Assembly: GCA_003526745.1 (NCBI GenBank)
Contig: DPVD01000020.1
Location: forward strand, 1-32,690
DNA: 32,690 bases
Origin: Candidatus Latescibacterota bacterium
Lineage (GTDB): Bacteria; Latescibacterota; UBA2968
Direction of reading: 5' to 3'
Positions 26,012 through 32,690 of this stretch are shown here, piece by piece. The translations under genes were made by a program, and so were the position numbers. Numbering within the stretch: the stretch's first letter is position 1; each line of letters starts with the position of its first letter. A model generated the notes under the pieces. That model saw nothing but the letters and a program-made list of their open reading frames with translations. It did not search any database and was not told where the DNA came from.

Positions 26012-27217
26012 TCAGACCGGTGATTGCTTCGGACTTGGGGCAAAAGCTTGATCCTTGATCGGAAGGTGAACTAGGGATGCAGCGATACCCAGGATGATGG
26101 CGCCGATCCAGACGGGGTTGTAAGAACCTGTTGCGTCGTAGATGCGGCCCCCGAGCCAGACACCTAGAAAGCTGCCAATCTGGTGGCTGAAAAAAACGAT
26201 CCCATACAGAGATGACAGGTGTCTGGGGCCGAAAATCTGGGCGACCGTGCCGCTCGTTAGCGGGACCGTGGCCAGCCAGAGAAATCCGATCAGGCAGGCA
26301 AACACGAGTGCCGTGACGCTTGTGACCGGCACGATCAGAAAACAGCTGATGACGATCGCGCGTGTGAAGTAGAGAAAGCTGAGCAGATATTTTTTCCGAT
26401 ATCTGTCACCAAGACGGCCGAACAGATAGGACCCCCCCATGTTGAAGAGCCCGATGAGTGACAAGGCGGTTGCGGCAACCATTTTCGGCAAACCGTGGTC
26501 TGCGAGATACGATGGTAGGTGGGTCGCGATGAAAGCGACGTGGAATCCGCATACAAAGAAACCTGCGTTGAGTAGCAGGAATCCTGAGTGGCGACGAGCA
26601 TTGCCAATCACTCGACTGAGGTTTTCCTCGATCTCTTCTCCGACTGAAGAGGTATTGGCTTCAGATCGACTACTCGGATAGCCGAGGGCGAAAACTGCGA
26701 TGAAGCCAACGACGATCGCTGTGTAGAGGAGTGTGATCTCCCAGCCGAACTGAACGATCAGCCACTGAATCCCGGGGACTACGGCAAATGTCCCGAACGA
26801 TCCTGCCGCAGTGATGATGCCGAAGGCGGAACCGCGCCTCTCAGCGGGTACAACCTGGGCCACTGCTCCTAGCACGACGACGTAGGATGTCGCGCTCAGC
26901 GCGAGGCCGACCATTCCCCCGAATCCGACATACAGGCTCGTTGTTGTCGGGAAGAACGAAATGAAAGCGAAACCTGACGCGTAGAGCGCTGCGCCAGCCG
27001 CTACGACCCACCTTGGCCCGATCCTGTCAGCGAGTATGCCGGCAATAGGCAGACCGAAGAAAATGTTCTGTATCGCCATTGCCAGACTGAAGGTCTCCCG
27101 GCCCGTAGAGAGGGAGAGGCTCATCGGTTGGAGGAAGAGGCCGAGGGACTGGCGGGCGCCCATCGCGATGGCGACGGTGAATGCGCTGATTAGGATGATG
27201 ATGAAAGGTCGACGCAT
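26012..27217 (-). CDS. MFS transporter (12-TM type, OFA/YhjX-like)
   Basis: Hydrophobic helices run throughout (FIIILISAFTVAIAMG, FFGLPIAGILADRIGPR, VVAAGAALYASGFAFISF and others). The MFS loop motif GxLaDRxGrR is present twice (ADRIGPRW, GRLGDRYRKK). The ATG at 27217 (MRRPFIII) is preferred over the GTG at 27286. Confidence 0.85.
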   Translation of the reverse strand: MRRPFIIILISAFTVAIAMGARQSLGLFLQPMSLSLSTGRETFSLAMAIQNIFFGLPIAGILADRIGPRWVVAAGAALYASGFAFISFFPTTTSLYVGFGGMVGLALSATSYVVVLGAVAQVVPAERRGSAFGIITAAGSFGTFAVVPGIQWLIVQFGWEITLLYTAIVVGFIAVFALGYPSSRSEANTSSVGEEIEENLSRVIGNARRHSGFLLLNAGFFVCGFHVAFIATHLPSYLADHGLPKMVAATALSLIGLFNMGGSYLFGRLGDRYRKKYLLSFLYFTRAIVISCFLIVPVTSVTALVFACLIGFLWLATVPLTSGTVAQIFGPRHLSSLYGIVFFSHQIGSFLGVWLGGRIYDATGSYNPVWIGAIILGIAASLVHLPIKDQAFAPSPKQSPV

Positions 27218-27401
27218 ATGGATTGAAAATAGGTGACCTAGAATCGAGAATATGAAAGGTTTTGTTCGATGAACGCGATCGTGCACCCTGGGAACATTGG
27301 TTTCAACGACGGCACGGATCGGTCATCAGTTGAACAATTGGTTGAGTTAGGGTGATATGGTCCCTCGATAGGTCACAGCAGGCTGCGAATGCTCGGGATG
27401 A

Positions 27402-28268
27402 CTACTCGTCCTCTCGACGGGGCGTGACGAGGGTCTTGCCGTCTTCTTCGATCAGTGGACGATTGTAGACATATGGAGGCTGCAAAACCGCTTGTTGTGC
27501 CTCGGTCAATTCCGACACCCAATTCGGCATCGATGCTTCGTAGACGCCTCCGGTGTAGTGAAGATATTTGGGTGTGTAGCGGTAGAAGAGTGAACGACGT
27601 TCGTGATCGGCAGTCCAAGGCAGGGTGCCGTGCGTCGTGCATTCGTTGAAGATCACGAGATCGCCGGCTTTCATTGGGACGTGGTAGACAATCTGCTGGT
27701 CGGTCTCCCACACAGCGATGTCTCTCGGGATCGGATAGTTTGCCTTGTGGCTTCCGGGGACGACACAGAGACCTCCATCACCGGGGTTCACGTCTGCGAG
27801 TTGATACTGGCAGTTGATCAGGCCGCAACGCATGCGGCCGTTCTGGTATGCGTAGAAACGTGAGCCGTTGAAATCGACCGCGCCGTGACCGTGAAGGTTC
27901 AGCCCTTCGGTGCCCTTCTTGGCTGTGTAGATGAACAGATTGTGATCCAGCTTCCAGCCGCGTCCAAGGAGTGTGTTCAGGTAGGGGATGATCTTTCTAT
28001 GTGCGAGGAGATCACGGAAAGGCTCGCACCAAGGTTGCTCCCACTCCAGCATTCCCTCGTAGAGGCCGCGCGGATGGTCACCGACCATCGCACCAGATGC
28101 CCCCCGGTTGTTGTCGTCCTTACGCTTGTCTGAGTTGGCATCAAGGGCTTCGTTGAGGGCTTTAACTTCCTCGCTGGAGAGCATACCTTTGACGACGATG
28201 AAGCCTTGGAGATCAAAGAGATATTTCTCTCGATCGGACATTGTGGAGAAGTTGACACGTTCGTTCAT
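27402..28268 (-). CDS. PhyH-like 2OG-oxygenase-fold protein lacking the HxD motif (paralog P2)
   Basis: MSDREKYLFDLQGFIVVKGMLSSEEVKALNE N-terminus, VVPGSHKANY, and the distal block ECTTHGTLPWTADHERRSLFYR. The expected first-ligand region reads LNLHGHGAVD (H-G-H / H-G-A), not H-x-D/E. The first ATG is at 28268. The Met at 28241 aligns with paralog P1. Confidence 0.65.
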   Translation of the reverse strand: MNERVNFSTMSDREKYLFDLQGFIVVKGMLSSEEVKALNEALDANSDKRKDDNNRGASGAMVGDHPRGLYEGMLEWEQPWCEPFRDLLAHRKIIPYLNTLLGRGWKLDHNLFIYTAKKGTEGLNLHGHGAVDFNGSRFYAYQNGRMRCGLINCQYQLADVNPGDGGLCVVPGSHKANYPIPRDIAVWETDQQIVYHVPMKAGDLVIFNECTTHGTLPWTADHERRSLFYRYTPKYLHYTGGVYEASMPNWVSELTEAQQAVLQPPYVYNRPLIEEDGKTLVTPRREDE

Positions 28269-28452
28269 GGGAACCCAAAACCTACAAGTGACCACGGAGG
28301 ATAAAGAAGACACTCCTCGTCTTCGCTCGGATCAGGCTCTGGATATTTATGCGAGAGGGAGTTGCCGAGAAAGCGAGCACATAGTCTTCTGGGAGTGAGG
28401 CATTAATCTAGGGATGAAAGACCACGTTTGAAAGTGGTGATGAGGGATCAAG

Positions 28453-29469
28453 ATGGCTAAGATGCTGAAGATGGCGTTGGTGGGGTGTGGGGCGATTTCG
28501 CGGTTTCATCTGGATGGGATCAAGGAGCAAGTGCCCAGCGTTCAGGTTACAGTGACGGTGGATCGGGATATGGCGCGGGCGTCTAAGCTGGCGGATGAGG
28601 TCGGGGCAATGGCATATTCGTCGCTGGAGGAGGCCTTAGAGAAAGGGGATTTCGATGCGGTTGATATCATGCTGCCGCACGATTTTCACGAAGAGGCGGC
28701 GACGGCCAGCTTTAACGCAGGAAAGCACGTGCTGCTCGAGAAGCCGATGGCTTCGACCCTCGAGGCGTGCGACCGGATTCTGAAGGCGGCGAGCGAGACG
28801 GATTTGGTGTTCATGGTGGCGGAAAACTCGCAGTATTGGCCGGAGATCGTAAGAACGAAGGAGGCAATCGACGAAGGGCTGATCGGTGAGGTGATTACGG
28901 CGAGGGCCGCATATGTGGCGGGTTTCGACGATTACTGGTTCCAAGAAGGTCACGATTGGAGATTTGATCAGGACAGGACGGGCGGCGGCGTTACGGTAGA
29001 CGGTGGGGCACACTGGATCAGGCCCCTTCGGATTTGGATGGGGGAGATCGAGGAGGTCGTGGGCATACTCGGATACCCGCTGAAGCAAATGGAAGGTGAA
29101 TCGCTGATGCGGTCGATCGTGCGCTTCCAGTCAGGGAAGTCGGCGATTCTGGATGCGATGATGATAGACACTGTATTTGCACCGGACAACTGGTGGCGTA
29201 TCACGGGGAGCAAGGGAGAGATCACGATCGGAGGTGGGTTCAAGGGCGGTGCCATCCTGTGGGACAGAGAGCATCCGGAGGGAACACCTCTGATGGAGCC
29301 GAAAGGATACGCGCAGTCGTTTGGGCCTGAGATTGCTGACTTTGCGGCTGCTGTGCTGGACGGGAAGACGCTGGAAGCTGGGCCGGAGGTGGCTCTGGGA
29401 GAGTTGCGGACGGCGTTCGCGATCTATAGGTCGGCGGAACATGGTCGGTGGGAGAAGGTTTGGGACTGA
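28453..29469 (+). CDS. Gfo/Idh/MocA-family NAD(P)-dependent oxidoreductase
   Basis: The Rossmann N-terminus is MLKMALVGCGAISRFHLDGI. The EKP motif is present (HVLLEKPMA). The C-terminal alpha/beta domain length is typical (338 aa). Confidence 0.88.
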   Translation: MAKMLKMALVGCGAISRFHLDGIKEQVPSVQVTVTVDRDMARASKLADEVGAMAYSSLEEALEKGDFDAVDIMLPHDFHEEAATASFNAGKHVLLEKPMASTLEACDRILKAASETDLVFMVAENSQYWPEIVRTKEAIDEGLIGEVITARAAYVAGFDDYWFQEGHDWRFDQDRTGGGVTVDGGAHWIRPLRIWMGEIEEVVGILGYPLKQMEGESLMRSIVRFQSGKSAILDAMMIDTVFAPDNWWRITGSKGEITIGGGFKGGAILWDREHPEGTPLMEPKGYAQSFGPEIADFAAAVLDGKTLEAGPEVALGELRTAFAIYRSAEHGRWEKVWD

Positions 29470-29538
29470 GCAGTGTCACGTGACAATTGACAAGTGTCGG
29501 ATGTCAAAAGGGCGAGCGGAAGAAGCCAGAGCTAGGAT

Positions 29539-29543
29539 GGAGG
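29539..29543 (+). promoter_or_regulatory. Shine-Dalgarno GGAGG for the PAL-like gene
   Basis: GGAGG lies 4 nt upstream of the ATG at 29548. Confidence 0.55.
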
Positions 29544-29547
29544 TAAT

Positions 29548-30495
29548 ATGGTAGAGCTTGGGTCAGGAGACTACGTCTACGAGACGACGGGGGAGGATTG
29601 GGGGAATCTGCAGCCGGATGCCACTTACAAGGAGGCGACGGCTGTCGCGGTCGATTCGGATGACAATGTGTTTGTGTTCAACCGTGGCACTCATCCGATG
29701 ATCGTGTTTAGCCCGGAGGGCGATATTCTTGATACGTGGGGGCACGGGGAGTTCTCAAACCCTCACGGTGTGACGATCGGGCCAGATGGGTCGATCTGGA
29801 CCGTTGACAACGGTGACCATACGGTAAAGAAGTTTACCGCCAAGGGTGAGAAGCTCGCGGAGATCCAGGCAGAGCATCCAGCGAAGGAAATGAGCGGGGA
29901 TCCTTTCTGCCGTCCTGCACATCTGGCCGTGTGTCCGAAAACGGGCAATCTGTTTGTCGCCGACGGATACTCGAATGCGCGGGTGCATAAGTATGATCCA
30001 AATGGTCGGCTGATTATGTCCTGGGGCGAATCCGGCACAGGCCCGGGTCAGTTCAACATCGTACATAACCTGATCATCCACGACGGGCTAGTGTATGTGG
30101 CCGACCGGGAGAATCAGCGGGTGCAGGTGTTCGACACGGAGGGCAAGTTCATCTCGCAGTGGAACGACATGTCCCGTGTGGCTGCGATCTGTATGGATCC
30201 TGCGGAAGACGATCCTCTGATCTACCTGGGCGAATACTTCTGCGGGATTGGGAGCAACGCGATGGGGACCAACCTAGGTCCACGCGTGTCGGTGATGAGT
30301 CGGACAGGTGATGTGCTCGCTCGTGTTGGAACCGAGTCTTACGGGGACGAGCCAGGACGGTTCTACTCACCTCACGGGATTGCAGTCGATTCGAAGGGTG
30401 ACATCTATGTGGCTGAGGTGGCGTGGAGCGACTATGGAAGCCAGATGGATCCGCCGAGAGAGCTTCGGTCGATGCAGAAGCTCGTGAAGCAGTAA
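29548..30495 (+). CDS. NHL-repeat six-bladed beta-propeller, peptidyl-alpha-hydroxyglycine alpha-amidating lyase (PAL)-like, leaderless
   Basis: NHL blades recur: NPHGVTIGPDGSIWTVDNGDHTVKKF, HLAVCPKTGNLFVADGYSNARVHKYDPNGRLIMSWG, QFNIVHNLIIHDGLVYVADRENQRVQVFD and SPHGIAVDSKGDIYVAEV. The ADGYxNxR and ADRENxR(I/V)Q blocks resemble the metazoan PAL domain as I recall it. Confidence 0.72.
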   Translation: MVELGSGDYVYETTGEDWGNLQPDATYKEATAVAVDSDDNVFVFNRGTHPMIVFSPEGDILDTWGHGEFSNPHGVTIGPDGSIWTVDNGDHTVKKFTAKGEKLAEIQAEHPAKEMSGDPFCRPAHLAVCPKTGNLFVADGYSNARVHKYDPNGRLIMSWGESGTGPGQFNIVHNLIIHDGLVYVADRENQRVQVFDTEGKFISQWNDMSRVAAICMDPAEDDPLIYLGEYFCGIGSNAMGTNLGPRVSVMSRTGDVLARVGTESYGDEPGRFYSPHGIAVDSKGDIYVAEVAWSDYGSQMDPPRELRSMQKLVKQ

Positions 30496-30655
30496 ACAGG
30501 TGCTTGGTAAGTAATTGTTAGTGAGGGGTGAAGGGCAGGGTTCGGAAGGAGGTCAACAGTACCAGATATCCAACAGCTGCCAGACACAAAGGCTGGCGAA
30601 TCCTTCAAACCCTACTGGCGAACGTACGGGTCGCTGATATAACGAAAATTAACTG

Positions 30656-30661
30656 AAGGAG
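30656..30661 (+). promoter_or_regulatory. Shine-Dalgarno AAGGAG for the cyclase-domain gene
   Basis: AAGGAG lies 5 nt upstream of the ATG at 30667. Confidence 0.6.
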
Positions 30662-30666
30662 TTGAC

Positions 30667-31206
30667 ATGGCTGTACTGCCTTCTGTTGACAAGCCCCGGG
30701 AGATGGATCTCCTCGTGGGATTTATTGATTTGCAACGGTTTCATTCGTTCGCGACCGGACAACCGGATCGTGAAATCGCAGAGATGCTTTCTGACTATTA
30801 CGAGCTGATCGGGGATGCGATTGAGGGGTCGCGTGGTGAGGTGGTGAAATTCATGGGAGACGCGGCTCTGACCGTCCACGAAGAAGCGGATGTCGATCTT
30901 GGTGTGATCGCACTGCACGACCTCAAACGAGGTGGGGATCAGTGGTTGTCAGATCGCGGTGTGAACTGCACTCAGACGGTGAAGGTCCACTTCGGGCGTG
31001 TGATCGCTACACGTGTCGGAACGAGAACCGACAAAAGAGGCGATATCTTTGGGGATGTGGTGGCCACGGCCGTGGTGATGCGCTCGAAAGGGTTCGCGAT
31101 GACGGCTCAGACCTTTCGGAAATTGAATGCGGAGACACGGAAGCTGTTCAAGAAGCACACGCCGCCGGTGTCGTATATCCCGGTGGATCAGCGGCATACA
31201 GACTGA
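30667..31206 (+). CDS. Stand-alone class III nucleotidyl cyclase homology domain (179 aa), probably degenerate
   Basis: LVGFIDLQRFHSF (compare F.Di.GFT, first metal Asp) and VVKFMGDAAL (compare iK.iGDa.m, Lys plus second metal Asp) are present. The later G-D-x-V-N-x-A-x-R block reads GDVVATAVV, so Asn and Arg are replaced. There is no sensor, TM or other domain. Confidence 0.6.
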   Translation: MAVLPSVDKPREMDLLVGFIDLQRFHSFATGQPDREIAEMLSDYYELIGDAIEGSRGEVVKFMGDAALTVHEEADVDLGVIALHDLKRGGDQWLSDRGVNCTQTVKVHFGRVIATRVGTRTDKRGDIFGDVVATAVVMRSKGFAMTAQTFRKLNAETRKLFKKHTPPVSYIPVDQRHTD

Positions 31207-31357
31207 AAGGCAGGAACCATGGAGGGCGTACAGAACACGGGGGGCTTTCGGGAGGCCAGCACTTGGTGGCCCTACTCAGGAGTCCGATGTGGGTGGTATT
31301 GTGTTCCGTGCACCTTGGGTGAGGGATAAAAGATCTCCTTGCTCGTTCTCTACGGGC

Positions 31358-32308
31358 TCAGGACTCTTGGATTTCGGCGATTCCCAGACCTTTTTCGCCG
31401 GCGGTTGAGTAGACGAGATATTTGCGGTTGTCTTCGTTGTAGAGGTAGGGGTCGCGGACTTGGTGAACGGGCTCGTGGTCGGCGCCACCGGTTGAGGGTT
31501 CATTTGGTTCGTCAACGCCCTCGTAGTCGGTTTGGGTGCGAAGGATTTCGACGGGCGGCGTACCGAGCCATTCTTGGGCACTCAGATCGATTGTCGTGCG
31601 TTTGATTCGTTCGGGATGATCTCCGACGTTGCTGTAATAGAGGTGCAGGCTGCTGCCGTCCAGATCGATGGCCGAATGCCGCATGCGGTAGGTGAGGTCG
31701 TCGGGATTCTTCTTAGATGCCTGAATCTGATCTGGCGACGTGTATTTCTCACCATCGATCGGTAAGGTCTCGCCCTTAACGAAGGGCTTCCTGAGATTTT
31801 GCGACTTCCAGATTTGTCTGCCTCCACCACCACCGAATCCGTACCACACACCTTCCCACTCCCACACGCGCATGTAGGACGGGCCTAGACAGATACGGTC
31901 GCACGTGAACGCGAGCCCGTCGGCCGATTCTGCGTAGCAGGTGTTCTGACCAAGGTTTTCGTGCTTCGGTCCCGTGAATCCTGCGCCGTGGTAGAACATC
32001 CGGATCACTTTCGCCTCATCATCCACGTGGACGTCTGGAGATGCGATGTGTCTTTCGAAGTCTGTGTCTTCGATCGGGAGAACGCCGGGTGTGTAGACTT
32101 TGTAAGGCCCCATCAGCTCGTCAGCATAGGCCATCCGGATGAACTTGCCCTGATGGTGGGCGAAGTAGAGGTAGTATTGTCCGATCGGATTCACGATCCA
32201 GTCCGGCACGCGAATAAGGGACGGGCCGTTGATGTTCCCGAGGATCGCTTCGTCGGATCCTGGGTGGATGATTGGGTTATGAAGACTGCGGGTTACTGTG
32301 ACTGGCAT
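31358..32308 (-). CDS. Beta-propeller glycoside-hydrolase-like protein (GH43/GH117-like), leaderless
   Basis: NPIIHPG...NGPSLIRVPDW...YYLYFAHHQGKFIRMAYAD...ASPDVHVDD...CYAESADGLAF...VRDPYLYNEDNRKYLVYSTAGEKGLGIAEI shows blade-like repeats. The terminal RDPxxxxEDxxxYLxY block is seen in GH43-like enzymes. The family is uncertain. Confidence 0.4.
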   Translation of the reverse strand: MPVTVTRSLHNPIIHPGSDEAILGNINGPSLIRVPDWIVNPIGQYYLYFAHHQGKFIRMAYADELMGPYKVYTPGVLPIEDTDFERHIASPDVHVDDEAKVIRMFYHGAGFTGPKHENLGQNTCYAESADGLAFTCDRICLGPSYMRVWEWEGVWYGFGGGGGRQIWKSQNLRKPFVKGETLPIDGEKYTSPDQIQASKKNPDDLTYRMRHSAIDLDGSSLHLYYSNVGDHPERIKRTTIDLSAQEWLGTPPVEILRTQTDYEGVDEPNEPSTGGADHEPVHQVRDPYLYNEDNRKYLVYSTAGEKGLGIAEIQES

Positions 32309-32407
32309 AAAACCTCAAAGGCATGGAGAGCCGCGGAGGACGCAGAGTAAAACGGTGGGTCCTGCCGGTTGGTTATAGGTGAGTATTGGCATCGTGGTGT
32401 CGATCCA

Positions 32408-32690
32408 TCATTGCCGTAACTCGGATCGATCTTCTTCGACCATTTTTTTCCAGGAAGCCTCTTCGCGGGTCACGAACAGGTCGTCCTCGGCGAAGAAGCG
32501 GAGTAGGCGGCGGTCGTTGCGAGCGCGGGCCTCCTTCAAGATTTCGTGGATTGCTGGAAGATCGAAGGTGTCCCTGTGGGGGAGACCGATGCGACAGATA
32601 TAGTTGCTGAGGAAGTAGCGAATCTCGTTCGAGATGTTCCACGTTCCCGAGTGCAGAATTTCGTGGTGGGTGAAGACCATGTCACCAGCT
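32408..32690 (-). CDS. PhyH-family dioxygenase, C-terminal fragment (N-terminus beyond the right edge)
   Basis: The minus-strand frame stays open past the listed Met: ...AGDMVFTHHEILHSGTWNISNEIRYFL. This is the PhyH distal-His block (aGD.v.f...llH.s..N.s...R). The gene therefore continues outside the window. Confidence 0.7.
   Translation of the reverse strand, partial: AGDMVFTHHEILHSGTWNISNEIRYFLSNYICRIGLPHRDTFDLPAIHEILKEARARNDRRLLRFFAEDDLFVTREEASWKKMVEEDRSELRQ

Noticed and set aside
1-32690. Search for CRISPR arrays, direct or terminal inverted repeats, IS elements, prophage or defence-system genes.
   Set aside because: I saw no regularly spaced repeats and no nuclease, helicase, methylase, toxin-antitoxin, transposase or integrase signatures in any frame. 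The only repeated DNA is the diverged tandem PhyH duplication at 6626-8232.

Overview
This is a densely coding, moderately GC-rich bacterial chromosomal segment with about 31 protein genes. I found no rRNA, tRNA, CRISPR array, transposase, integrase or phage gene, and no classical transcription factor. The content is entirely enzymatic and appears cytoplasmic, because no predicted enzyme has a signal peptide. The most striking feature is nine phytanoyl-CoA dioxygenase (PhyH)-family Fe(II)/2-oxoglutarate oxygenase genes, about 7.2 kb or 22% of the window. Several sit in translationally coupled or tandem pairs, and two paralogs lack the canonical HxD iron ligand motif. Around them lie several other modules. 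(i) Two leaderless Cys-type sulfatases, one with a CxAxR rather than CxPxR maturation motif, next to a PAPS-type sulfotransferase. (ii) A minus-strand run of membrane di-iron desaturase, PhyH, PhyH, aldo-keto reductase, PhyH, PhyH. It is transcribed divergently from a MaoC hydratase / CitE-type acyl-CoA lyase / family III CoA-transferase operon of itaconate/citramalyl-CoA type. (iii) A plus-strand run of luciferase-like monooxygenase, ceramidase-like hydrolase, PhyH-like protein and RhaM. (iv) Sugar-acid genes: two UxuA-like dehydratases, Gfo/Idh/MocA, two beta-propeller glycosidase-like proteins and an MFS transporter. (v) A PAL-like (peptidyl-alpha-hydroxyglycine lyase-like) NHL propeller followed by a minimal, apparently degenerate class III cyclase domain. 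The best candidate for an undescribed system is the PhyH-rich oxidative locus coupled to CoA-activation and cleavage genes. Its substrate cannot be read from the sequence. All family calls come from motifs I recognise in the translations, not from database searches.
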